Below are positions 14,398 through 23,699 of a stretch of DNA of 64,000 nucleotides, in pieces. This DNA comes from a virus. How positions within the stretch are numbered: position 1 is the first letter of the stretch; each line of letters begins with the position of its first letter. The stretch spans positions 14,218 to 78,217 of IMG/VR virus record IMGVR_UViG_3300025941_000667, one strand, 5' to 3'. Both the position numbers and the translations under genes were made by a program. The notes under the pieces were generated by a model, which worked only from the letters and a program-made list of their open reading frames with translations, was not told the origin of the DNA and did not search any database.

Positions 14398-17300
14398 TCA
14401 GGCTGCTAATTGCCAAGGCTGTAACTGTCGGTCATTGTCTAGTTCGGCTACTTCCCAGTATGATTCTGGGTAGACCACGAACCCTTCTACGCTCTCAAGT
14501 CGATACTCCAGTTGCTTCCCAGCAACACCGATGGGACAACTCACACGATAGAATTGCCGGGTGTTCTGTGAAGAGGGAAGCGTTGTTTGATGAACCTTTT
14601 TGTTGTCCGCGTAAAACGTTAGCAAAACAGCATCGGTGCTACGAAGCAATAAATTTCCGCGACGGCACCAACCTTGAGACCGAGTAAACGTGTAGCGCCC
14701 AACATGGATGGAATCTTTACGAGGCTCTACTTGGTAGGATGGCCCCATGCCAAAGAGCGTCACCCGCACTTTCTTTTGCCAGATCGAAAGACGAAGGCTG
14801 GCTTTGTAGCCAATAATGCCGCTCGGCATTCCATCCCCATCGACAACGGGAAAGAAGAGTTTTGATCGGCCCCAGGCGCCTTGCATTCCTAGGGGAATCA
14901 GCTGTCCATCGTCGACGGAGATTTCCGCCATGACTTGCGTATTGTCACCGCCCGTGTCTACATCGACGAGTACGCCCTTTACATCAACCTCACGGTCGGA
15001 CGGTTTCAACTCCGCATCAAAGGTATGTTGGGCATTGATCAGTACGGACTCTTGGCCGAAGTCGGTAGCGAGGTCGCCGTTTGGTTCATACTTGATGAGC
15101 CACCCATCGCGCGTACCTCCTTCGAGATCATCAATCACATCGGTAGCAACGGACTCGCCTTTCTCCCAGCGAAAGCGGCGCATTTCCCAGCCCACGCCGT
15201 GCGCTTTATACCAAGCAGGCGGATTACGCTCTATTTGATAAATAAGAACACGGCATGTCTTGTCTAAATCGTCAAGGAAGACCCGATAGGTTCTATTATA
15301 ATACGCCCCAACAATGTTCTCATATTCGGTTGCGGTCTCCGGCAAGACCCCAAAGATTTCCAGACCATCTTGATTGACTGTTTCTCCGTGGATAAATGGC
15401 TCGAGCTGAGTAGACGCGATGCTGCGCGAGGTCGAGCCATTGAATAGATACGGTCCATCAGTGGACCCGTAATAGAAGATGCCATACGGCGAGGAAACAA
15501 AAGCATACGGGGAATCTGTGCCAATCGGGGCTTCGGTTTTTTCCACTTCATAGGTATTATTAAATGGAGTGACTCGCCAAATATGCGCTTTCGTCGCAAT
15601 CCACATGCGCCCTTCCCAGACGACGACTGCGCGAATGGGATCAACCGGCGAGCCTGCTAATTCGTAATTTGTCAGGGGGAAGGAATCTGGATAAAATTTC
15701 TCTGACCACCGCAACGCATAGGGTGATTCCTCGTCTCCAGTCCCGACGACCGTAAAGATCCACGAGTTTGTAGCCGTATGGCCTGTAGTCGCGGCAAACT
15801 TAATAGTCATGCCAAAGCTGAGTGTCTGAAACCCACCTGTGATGACGACGCCTGTAGTAAATGTACCGCCGATCGTATCGCGCCACTTAAACGTATCAGG
15901 GGTGCCGGTTGCATCAATCACAATCTCATACGTGCGTTGTGTTTGGCCCGTATAGACTACCCCTGTGGTGAAATCATTGAGTCCGGCGCCGGTATAGGCA
16001 ATCGGTCCCACAAACGCCTTATTGCTCATCCCCATCACAAACATTCGGTTGTCAAACGAAATGGCAAAGCGGCCTGTGGGAGGAATGTGGTTAATCTCGA
16101 CTTGTGTTCCTGCTGCATTAAGTTTCCCGAGAATTTCTCCCAGCTCCAGATCATCCTTAATGTCCAGATACGTCGTAGTCGCATAGGGAATCGTGGCTAC
16201 CAATTGGAAGAGGCCCGCGCCATCACGATTACGGCGCCATAGTCTCCAATGTGTCACTTGCGCATCCGATGTCGTTGAGACACGGGTAATGTCAATGCCT
16301 TGGCGGTGGGCTAGAATCTGAGCAGAGATCCGTTCGATGCCATTGTAGATGTCCGCCAATTGGCGAGAATTGGATGGAATGTTTATACCTTCAGCCCACC
16401 ACGTCACCTTGTACTCGAACGTGCCTTCCGGGTGCGTAAAGGCCTCGAGGCGCATATCGTCAGCAGAGACAATCACATCGCTGCCTACCGCGGCTTCAGC
16501 GCTGCCGGCCACGGTAATCTGTGTCCCGTTGGCATTTGCCCACCCTTGAGTTGAACCGCCCGTCGGGCGAACACGCTGGAAGTCAGTCTGGTGGAATTTG
16601 AATTCCTGCCAATTGTTATCTTGCTGAAATGAGGATGCAGGAATCCGAATCCAGTAATAGTCATCCTGAAAATTGGTAGATCCGGAGACATTGACGCCTA
16701 CTTCAACGTGGTCAAGAAACTGGGTGTGGTTACACTTGAGCATAATCCGCACCCACGCTTGATCGGTATACACCGCAAGACTGCCAATCGAAAACATGCG
16801 CCGGAAGCGCTCGGTTTTCTTCTGGGGCACAGTAAATTTTCGGGCAGACGTAGCGTAGAAGTTTGCATCTGAGCCTTCCGTCCCCGTCCCGTCCACCGCA
16901 GTATAGGCAGTCGCAAAATCATCAATGGCAGTAATCGCCGGTTGGCTGGCATTGAGCGCCACGGTAGGTGCAGCGGCAGGCCCGTCAATGCCCCAATTAC
17001 GAGTCAGGGTTCCATTGTCTTTCTTCCGACTATCACCTGTCGCGGCGCCGTGACTCGTCGCGGTGCCGTCACCGTTTGCCATATAGGTCCACTGCTCTGA
17101 GACGGCAGTGGAGGGGGCCATGGAAGCAAAAGTAAAGCGACGACCGGACATGCCGGTCAAGAGATCGGTCCCGGTGTCGTAGCCACGTTTCACTTTTGAG
17201 CCGACGCCAATGTAGCGCACGGAGCCGTGGACAATATGGCTGTGGACTTCTGTAGCGTTGGCATTGGCCGTGCCGTCGGTCAACTGCTGAAGATTGATCT

Positions 17301-17460
17301 TTGCGGTTCCTTGTCGGCCACGGAGAATACCATCCGGTTCAACGTGGGCATTGGATAATTCAATGAGGCTATTTCTACCCGCAGCCGTACCCCGCTGAAT
17401 CACGAGACCCTCATGGAAATCAGAGAGGAGATAGTCTTGCGTTTGAGCGGATACGGGCAT
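14398..17460 (-). CDS. Tail nozzle / tail tubular protein B-like (1020 aa)
   Basis: Size, beta-propeller-like composition (NRMFVMG, LRWSE..PDSFP, IGTDSPYA..GIFY..GPYLFNG), and position after the adaptors. Confidence 0.7.
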   Translation of the reverse strand: MPVSAQTQDYLLSDFHEGLVIQRGTAAGRNSLIELSNAHVEPDGILRGRQGTAKINLQQLTDGTANANATEVHSHIVHGSVRYIGVGSKVKRGYDTGTDLLTGMSGRRFTFASMAPSTAVSEQWTYMANGDGTATSHGAATGDSRKKDNGTLTRNWGIDGPAAAPTVALNASQPAITAIDDFATAYTAVDGTGTEGSDANFYATSARKFTVPQKKTERFRRMFSIGSLAVYTDQAWVRIMLKCNHTQFLDHVEVGVNVSGSTNFQDDYYWIRIPASSFQQDNNWQEFKFHQTDFQRVRPTGGSTQGWANANGTQITVAGSAEAAVGSDVIVSADDMRLEAFTHPEGTFEYKVTWWAEGINIPSNSRQLADIYNGIERISAQILAHRQGIDITRVSTTSDAQVTHWRLWRRNRDGAGLFQLVATIPYATTTYLDIKDDLELGEILGKLNAAGTQVEINHIPPTGRFAISFDNRMFVMGMSNKAFVGPIAYTGAGLNDFTTGVVYTGQTQRTYEIVIDATGTPDTFKWRDTIGGTFTTGVVITGGFQTLSFGMTIKFAATTGHTATNSWIFTVVGTGDEESPYALRWSEKFYPDSFPLTNYELAGSPVDPIRAVVVWEGRMWIATKAHIWRVTPFNNTYEVEKTEAPIGTDSPYAFVSSPYGIFYYGSTDGPYLFNGSTSRSIASTQLEPFIHGETVNQDGLEIFGVLPETATEYENIVGAYYNRTYRVFLDDLDKTCRVLIYQIERNPPAWYKAHGVGWEMRRFRWEKGESVATDVIDDLEGGTRDGWLIKYEPNGDLATDFGQESVLINAQHTFDAELKPSDREVDVKGVLVDVDTGGDNTQVMAEISVDDGQLIPLGMQGAWGRSKLFFPVVDGDGMPSGIIGYKASLRLSIWQKKVRVTLFGMGPSYQVEPRKDSIHVGRYTFTRSQGWCRRGNLLLRSTDAVLLTFYADNKKVHQTTLPSSQNTRQFYRVSCPIGVAGKQLEYRLESVEGFVVYPESYWEVAELDNDRQLQPWQLAA

Positions 17461-17462
17461 GG

Positions 17463-17801
17463 TTATTCCTTATTCACCATTCTCCATGCTTGGAGATAAA
17501 GACACGAGGAGTCGTGCCCATTTTCCTCCTCATTGATAGGATGGCTGGCGCCGGGGAGCGGCCACTCCGCAATGCCTCTGTCGCAAAACCAACACAGATT
17601 CTGACCTTCATGGAGATAGGAACCGTGCGCAACAAAGGCCCGTACACAGTCGAGCAGCGCCCGGACGTAACACGCATCGTCCTCGGGATCTACCTGTTGA
17701 ACAAGTTGCGTATGAGCGCGTCGAGAAAGCTGGGCGGCGCCCAGCGTGCCAAAATACGTTCTCTCAGCGATGGTCCGCAATACGTCACGCATAGTCGTCA
17801 T
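17463..17801 (-). CDS. Hypothetical protein with CxxC..H..C motif (112 aa)
   Basis: Fills the gap between neighbours with an ATGA overlap; CWFC and HDSSC motifs. Confidence 0.55.
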   Translation of the reverse strand: MTTMRDVLRTIAERTYFGTLGAAQLSRRAHTQLVQQVDPEDDACYVRALLDCVRAFVAHGSYLHEGQNLCWFCDRGIAEWPLPGASHPINEEENGHDSSCLYLQAWRMVNKE

Positions 17802-18412
17802 CGGGGGCTCCTCTTATCAATTACGTCGCGCCAGAGCTGGCTGAGCGCTCGAAAGAAAGCACCCTGTTGCGCATCCCTAGCGGTATGGGCACCTTCTCTA
17901 AATCCAGCGCATGTCAGATACACAAGTAAAGGTCTTATCCACTGCATTGACGGGTTCTCATCTTCAGGAGAACAAATCTCATAGATTGTGAGTCCATTGG
18001 CTGTCGATGTGGCCGGAGCGGGATGAATAAAAAAGACTTGTGGTGTAACTGTAGGGTCCGGGGTCTCATCGTGCCACCACACCTGGGGGGTTCCCGGTTC
18101 ATCGACGGTATCCGTCGCTTGCGCTTGCCACTTACGACGCAACAAATCAAGCGAAGCGCCCGTAACCTTCCCAAGATGACGACTGCCGTACATCACGGAC
18201 ACAATGCGGCGCATGCGCGGTTGCGCAACATAGCGGCGCTGATTCGCTACCGTGTTCGGGAATTCAGTCTCCATAAACCAGTCGGTTGTTTGCAATAACA
18301 CCCGCAATTCGTCAGAGTAGACATCTTGGAGCTTGATATCCCACTCCGTATTGTTAACGGGAAGCCGGAGCAAATCCTTACAGGTGTACAGAATGTCACT
18401 TGGGATGGTCAT
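17798..18412 (-). CDS. Head-tail adaptor-like protein (204 aa)
   Basis: GTPxxW..FFIHPAP motif; position. Confidence 0.55.
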   Translation of the reverse strand: MTIPSDILYTCKDLLRLPVNNTEWDIKLQDVYSDELRVLLQTTDWFMETEFPNTVANQRRYVAQPRMRRIVSVMYGSRHLGKVTGASLDLLRRKWQAQATDTVDEPGTPQVWWHDETPDPTVTPQVFFIHPAPATSTANGLTIYEICSPEDENPSMQWIRPLLVYLTCAGFREGAHTARDAQQGAFFRALSQLWRDVIDKRSPR

Positions 18413-18506
18413 GGCGGCGTTTCGTTTTCCTCACAACGTAGAGAAACACTTCGGCAAGGAGTGTCCCAATTGCGATGCCAATAAAGATAACCCAAAAATT
18501 GCCCAT
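18396..18506 (-). CDS. Small single-TM protein (36 aa)
   Basis: MGNFWVIFIGIAIGTLLAEVFLYVVRKTKRR...; TAATG-coupled start; below the ORF-track cutoff. Confidence 0.4.
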   Translation of the reverse strand: MGNFWVIFIGIAIGTLLAEVFLYVVRKTKRRHDHPK

Positions 18507-19168
18507 TACGGTCTCTCATCACTCTTTGTTAAGGGAGCCTCGAAACGTGAGGGTGCATCGCGTTGCGTCGAATCACGAAGGAAGCGCACATCTCTCTTAT
18601 TCCCCGCATGTTCTGCCACCATTTTCAAAAGATCCTGAGTACGAGCCATTTGCCCTTCTTTGGCAGCACCTAACATTGTTGCGTAAGTCATCAGGGCTTC
18701 ATGCCACATATCTTGAATCACAGGACTCACTCCGGCAGGAGGATCACTCAAAGTCGTAGGCGGGCACGCAAGATAAGTAATGTCAACATTCATATTTGCG
18801 CTAGGCGGTTTCACGAAGGCTGACATAGTATGCCCCAAGCGAATGTAATTCTCAGGCGTGCCGCGTTGCGTGCGCCAGGCAGGACGCACCCGCGCCACAG
18901 TATCGAGCTTGATTTCTGTCACAGGAAAATTCGCAATGGTGATACGCAGGGGCCAGCACCAATCAGGATAGGTATCGAGCATATTGTACTCAGGAACATT
19001 CGCGAGCAATGGAAACGTAACGGTCTTCTCGACAAGAAACCGAGAGAGTGAGAGAAACAATTCACCGTGCTCCAGGTACGTCTGGACATTGGCATCGGTA
19101 TGGAACGTACCATCCTCATCATCCAGAGTAGACTGCACGTCGAGAATAATATCAGCGAAGGTAGACAT
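18506..19168 (-). CDS. Head-tail adaptor-like protein (220 aa)
   Basis: TFADIILDVQSTLDD N-terminus, GTPENY, and PVIQDMWHEALMTYA, typical of adaptor proteins. Confidence 0.6.
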   Translation of the reverse strand: MSTFADIILDVQSTLDDEDGTFHTDANVQTYLEHGELFLSLSRFLVEKTVTFPLLANVPEYNMLDTYPDWCWPLRITIANFPVTEIKLDTVARVRPAWRTQRGTPENYIRLGHTMSAFVKPPSANMNVDITYLACPPTTLSDPPAGVSPVIQDMWHEALMTYATMLGAAKEGQMARTQDLLKMVAEHAGNKRDVRFLRDSTQRDAPSRFEAPLTKSDERP

Positions 19169-19170
19169 CG

Positions 19171-20064
19171 TTAATACTCAAAGGCGGGGAATCCATAATG
19201 TGTATCGGTGCCCCACGCATCATAAAAATCACCCGGTTTGCGTTCGGCATAGCCGAAGCGGTAGCGATCGGCACGGCGGACACGCGGCATACGATCAATC
19301 TGTTTTTTCTCCCATTCGGCGGCCAAACGCATCCAATACGGACCTTCTTGTACATTCCCATTTCCCGCAACCGTTAGACATCCGTTTGCAATCGCTTTCT
19401 CAAGTAAGACCTGTGCCAGGAGCGTAAGAATCTGGTCTCCAGAAGTAATTGACCCCGCAATCAAGCCCACATAGGTCAAATGATACACAGCATCAGGGAC
19501 AGGCGAAAGTTCAATCATGGACTGACCAAGACTATTTTCTCCGATTGGCATATACCCCCACTGTTGCCCGGTCACAAGGCGTTGCGGATCTACGGCATCA
19601 AGATTCCACTGTGTGCCCTCGCGCACGGGATAAGCACCGGCCATCGTGAGAATGCGTTCAATGCCAACAGGAAGAGCGTAGCGATGTTGAAAGAGAGTAT
19701 AGGACGCGCCAGTAACAGTCGTTCCAGTAAAGGGCGCAGTCAACGTCAGCACTTGCGCCGTCACAGCAGAGACTTCGTAAAAATTGGAGTCCGGAAGACG
19801 AATAAATTTCCCGACATCCCCAGGATCGGCAAATGACGTACCAGTCCCGGTAACGGTCGCACCACCTGCAACAACGGCAATCGTTCCATCCGTCTTCGGA
19901 GCAATTGTAGTCAAGACAAGATTTTGCCGGGCAAACGACCATGCGTACTCATTCATGAGGCCACGCCACTCATCATCTACCACAGTCCGGGCTTCTTCTA
20001 TATCGAGCGGCTTGACACGGAGCCGGACCCGACCGTTGATATCATCAAAATTGAGAAACGCCAT
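19171..20064 (-). CDS. Head-tail adaptor / tail tubular A-like protein (297 aa)
   Basis: EYAWSF, YALP and LSPVPDAVY motifs, with a beta-rich insert. Confidence 0.6.
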   Translation of the reverse strand: MAFLNFDDINGRVRLRVKPLDIEEARTVVDDEWRGLMNEYAWSFARQNLVLTTIAPKTDGTIAVVAGGATVTGTGTSFADPGDVGKFIRLPDSNFYEVSAVTAQVLTLTAPFTGTTVTGASYTLFQHRYALPVGIERILTMAGAYPVREGTQWNLDAVDPQRLVTGQQWGYMPIGENSLGQSMIELSPVPDAVYHLTYVGLIAGSITSGDQILTLLAQVLLEKAIANGCLTVAGNGNVQEGPYWMRLAAEWEKKQIDRMPRVRRADRYRFGYAERKPGDFYDAWGTDTHYGFPAFEY

Positions 20065-20073
20065 ACTAAACTC

Positions 20074-20670
20074 CTAGGGCAAGGTCCCATGAAAGTTTGC
20101 TGTTTTGACCGGAACAATCCGGGCAAATCGGGCATCAGCGCCCGATGTAGGAATAAACTGATAATACACCGAATAGAAATGTCCGGCATCAGGAAAGGCA
20201 TCGAGCACATGCAAAAAATTGTAGCCAACGCTGTCAGCGGTCCAGCGCTTGTCGATCTTCGGGCGATCAAACACGGTGCTCACAATCGTGAGCGTCCCGG
20301 TATCAATCGCCGTTTCTGGATCTTCGCCGCTTGTATCGAACACAGCGTAAGTAATAGACGAGAGTGAGGCTTGCGTAATGTATGCACCCGTGAGATCACA
20401 TTCCCGGAGCAGAATCACAACTGGCTGATTGGGAACAATAGAAAGGGTGGCGGTCATAGTGGGCAACTCCTCATCATCGGGGGCTTGCCAGAGGGCGCAG
20501 GCTTCGGCGCCTTGGTAGAGATCATACTCCTCGGCTTCCGCTGCCGCCCGAAATAAGCTAAACGGAAGGATGAACGCGGGGGCATTATCAAAATCGAGGG
20601 ACAAGCCCGCAACTTGGTCGCTGAGAGTAATCCCCGCGTGTCCATCGGCTGACCACTCATCAAGGTGCAT
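20074..20670 (-). CDS. Tail-module structural protein (198 aa)
   Basis: Operon position; TAATG coupling. Confidence 0.5.
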   Translation of the reverse strand: MHLDEWSADGHAGITLSDQVAGLSLDFDNAPAFILPFSLFRAAAEAEEYDLYQGAEACALWQAPDDEELPTMTATLSIVPNQPVVILLRECDLTGAYITQASLSSITYAVFDTSGEDPETAIDTGTLTIVSTVFDRPKIDKRWTADSVGYNFLHVLDAFPDAGHFYSVYYQFIPTSGADARFARIVPVKTANFHGTLP

Positions 20671-21743
20671 TACGTTGCCTGCGAGTAAGTAATTGTGCCG
20701 CCCACGTTACTAACAGGCAACGTGGCAATCACGGTGCCAGCATCATTTTTGATTGTCTGCGCACCAGCAGACTGTGCATGTTCATCAAAGAAACGGTCAA
20801 CCAAAGCACGGACACCTTGGGCGAGATTCGCCTTTGCCGCGGACACACTGGTTACGTCAGCAAAATTCGTCGTTGCGTTCTGCACTGTCGTAATTTGAGC
20901 GGCTAATGCCACAAGTTGGGTATCGAGATTCGCGATGGCTAACCCGATGGCTGCGCGAATAGCGGCAGCATTTAAGGTTGAGAGTCCCGACTGAATTTCA
21001 GTAACAGCATCGGTTGCAAGAGCGGAAGCGGTCAGCGTATTTGCTGCCATGGCTCCGGTACTCGAATCCATCCGGCCAGCCACCAATGCGGACGGAAGAC
21101 GAATCTGGATATCATTCGTGTCCGCTTGGAGAGACACGAGCTGCGTATCGAGGTTCGGGATAGCGAGGCCAAGCGCATCTCGAATATCTGCTTGAGTCAG
21201 ACTGCCGCCGCTCACATTATCAGCAAGCGCCTCGGTAGAATCCGTAGCGGGATTAAACGTGCCGCCGATATCAGAAGGCGTCGAGGCTGTTTTTGAGAGC
21301 AACGCTTTGAAGAACCCCAGCAAAGTATTTACACCCGTACCGGTAATCGAGCCAAACCGGGCAAGCACAGTCGCCATATTTGTGGCAAGCGTTGCAAGGG
21401 TTGCTGCCACCCCAGCTTGCAGCGAGAAACTTTCGAGCACATAACTAACGACAGTTACACCATTCACCGTGCCCGCAGTCAGTACCGCCTGAAAGTGATG
21501 CCCGGCAGCATAGAAAGTTCCATCAGCGCCGGTATCAATCTTCACGTTGTTCAGCCCCGTCAGGCCGTCGTGATCTGCTAAAAGCGTAACCCCCGTGGTC
21601 GTCTGCGAGAGGCTATCGTCCTTGTAGATGCTAACCGTACCCCCTGACAGCGTAAACGGGACAGCAGGCGAGACGCTAATGTCTAACGAAGTGAAGTTGA
21701 AATAGAGAACCGCGCCAGGATTATAATCGCCACGATAGCCCAT
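20670..21743 (-). CDS. Tail-module structural protein (357 aa) with internal repeat
   Basis: Ig-like N-terminus; IRxAxGLAIxNLDTQL occurs twice. Confidence 0.55.
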   Translation of the reverse strand: MGYRGDYNPGAVLYFNFTSLDISVSPAVPFTLSGGTVSIYKDDSLSQTTTGVTLLADHDGLTGLNNVKIDTGADGTFYAAGHHFQAVLTAGTVNGVTVVSYVLESFSLQAGVAATLATLATNMATVLARFGSITGTGVNTLLGFFKALLSKTASTPSDIGGTFNPATDSTEALADNVSGGSLTQADIRDALGLAIPNLDTQLVSLQADTNDIQIRLPSALVAGRMDSSTGAMAANTLTASALATDAVTEIQSGLSTLNAAAIRAAIGLAIANLDTQLVALAAQITTVQNATTNFADVTSVSAAKANLAQGVRALVDRFFDEHAQSAGAQTIKNDAGTVIATLPVSNVGGTITYSQAT

Positions 21744-21747
21744 AAGA

Positions 21748-23040
21748 TTATCCTAAGATGATTGCTCCCCCGCCCCCACCGGCCACACCTCCACCACCTC
21801 CACCCGACGCTACTTGATCCAACACATAAAAGTCCATCATCGGGAACTCAGTTGTGGTATCGACCCACGCCCCTGCGGTTTCCTTCGTGTAGTACCACGA
21901 GCCGCCTCCAGGAAAGGCTTTTGCCAGCTCCGCTGCGGAACCACTATTTACGGTCGTGGCGACGGTTCCAATCTGCCGGCGATGGGGAGCATTCCAGTTG
22001 GTGGACCCATAGTAGACAAACCGGTAGGGCGTGTTTTTGATCAACGTATACGGGGCAGAGAAGAGACAGCCAATATAGACTGTACCGTCGGTAGAGAGAC
22101 GCTCGGTACCAAATCGGGCAGGCGAACCAGCAGGTCCCCCACCATTCCCTTCCCACAATCTCACGCCGGTCGCATTGACAACGTTACTGCCAATATAATT
22201 GACGACACCATACACTTCGAGCTTTTCGGTCACGCCATCAATATAAAGCCCGCGCTGGTTCGTATCTAACGCGCTGGCGGTAAAAGCAGTAAACGGATCG
22301 CCCGCCGCTGTGCCATCGGTAAAAATTGCCACAATCCCTTGGGTCTGATTCCGAATCGTCAGTGTCGACCAGCCGTTGGCCGTACTCGCGGCATTCCACA
22401 AGATCGTGGAGCCCACACTCAAGGTATTAAAATCCCGGTGCAGGACGGTAATGTAATCGGTTCCACTGGCTGCCGCATTCGCGACAATGAACCAATAGAG
22501 AGTATTAGCGGCGATGGACACTGTGAGCGTTCCACTCTTGATCCACCCTGCTTGTGACAACGGATTGACCGTAGCCGTCGCTAACGCCGCAATCCCAGTA
22601 TTTGGCTTGTAGGCGGTATGCGCTCGTACTTCAGCATTGATTGAGGTGACGTTGGCGGCAGTGCCATGGTAGGCATTGATATTAAAGTAGAGGGCACTGA
22701 GCGTCTTCGCTAAGGGGATGGCGCCGCCTGCACCGATGGCAATCCCTGCGGACCCTGCCGTATAAGCAGTGTTAATATCCTGGGTCGAAAAGTTAGCGCC
22801 CGTATCTCCAAGGTCAAAGCCGATCACCGGACGCATGTGGCTGAACCCACCATGCAATCCGATGCCACCCGAAACAGCAGGAATAAGATTTCCATCAGCT
22901 TCTGCGAAGCGTTCGTATGGTTGAATGCGGGGTGACCACTGCGCACGGCCACGGTCAAGAACCACAGGTCCGGAGAGCGCATTGTTGCGCCATGGACTCC
23001 ACACCCGCAACTTCTCGTAGCGATGGAAGAGGAGGTGCAT
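21748..23040 (-). CDS. Tail-module beta-rich protein (430 aa)
   Basis: Long ORF, coupled start, Gly-rich C-terminus. Confidence 0.55.
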   Translation of the reverse strand: MHLLFHRYEKLRVWSPWRNNALSGPVVLDRGRAQWSPRIQPYERFAEADGNLIPAVSGGIGLHGGFSHMRPVIGFDLGDTGANFSTQDINTAYTAGSAGIAIGAGGAIPLAKTLSALYFNINAYHGTAANVTSINAEVRAHTAYKPNTGIAALATATVNPLSQAGWIKSGTLTVSIAANTLYWFIVANAAASGTDYITVLHRDFNTLSVGSTILWNAASTANGWSTLTIRNQTQGIVAIFTDGTAAGDPFTAFTASALDTNQRGLYIDGVTEKLEVYGVVNYIGSNVVNATGVRLWEGNGGGPAGSPARFGTERLSTDGTVYIGCLFSAPYTLIKNTPYRFVYYGSTNWNAPHRRQIGTVATTVNSGSAAELAKAFPGGGSWYYTKETAGAWVDTTTEFPMMDFYVLDQVASGGGGGGVAGGGGGAIILG

Positions 23041-23699
23041 TACGCTACTGCCTCCAGCTTGAGTTGTTCCGCTTGGGGCCGCTTCGGTGTGAACAGGCTC
23101 GGCGTCGTGTTTCTTAGGCGGTTCGCAGCGATTTCACAATACGATTCCTCAATCTCGATGCCGATAGCTTTTCTGCCGAGTTGCTTTGCGGCTACTAGCG
23201 TGGTGCCGGAACCGGCGAAGGGGTCGAGGGTGTCCCCTTCGACAAAGGAGCAGCACCAAGACATAAGGAGAAGGGGCTTTTCTGTAGGGTGTAATGGCCT
23301 TCGCCCTAGTCGTGGCAAATCAAATGTGCGGACTGGTTTGTCTAAATTTGTCCAGGCAAGTTCAGCATCAGCTAACGTGAAATTCCTTTCCGGCTTATTC
23401 CAAATCAACCAGCACCGAGCCGGAGGCAATGGGAAATAATTTCCGCCCCAGATAATAATCTTTTGGCCTTTTGTCAGGAGTAAGTCAAAAACTTCTTTCG
23501 CGGGAGGGGCACTGTCCCATATAGCACCATCGCTGATGTACAGGTTTTTCTTTGCCCAAGTGCCACCTTGCATAAGTTTACGGATTCCGTAAGGCGGGTC
23601 AGTAATGACGGCATCCACCGGCCCCACCTCCGGCAAAATCTCTCGACAATCCCCGTGGTAGAGCACGATGCCGTCTTCTTCGTAGTAGGGTTTCAGCAT
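23040..23699 (-). CDS. Orphan DNA N4-C/N6-A methyltransferase, beta class
   Basis: LYHGDCRE, ITDPPYG, HPTEKP, LDPFAGSGTT, GIEIEESYC. Confidence 0.92.
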   Translation of the reverse strand: MLKPYYEEDGIVLYHGDCREILPEVGPVDAVITDPPYGIRKLMQGGTWAKKNLYISDGAIWDSAPPAKEVFDLLLTKGQKIIIWGGNYFPLPPARCWLIWNKPERNFTLADAELAWTNLDKPVRTFDLPRLGRRPLHPTEKPLLLMSWCCSFVEGDTLDPFAGSGTTLVAAKQLGRKAIGIEIEESYCEIAANRLRNTTPSLFTPKRPQAEQLKLEAVA

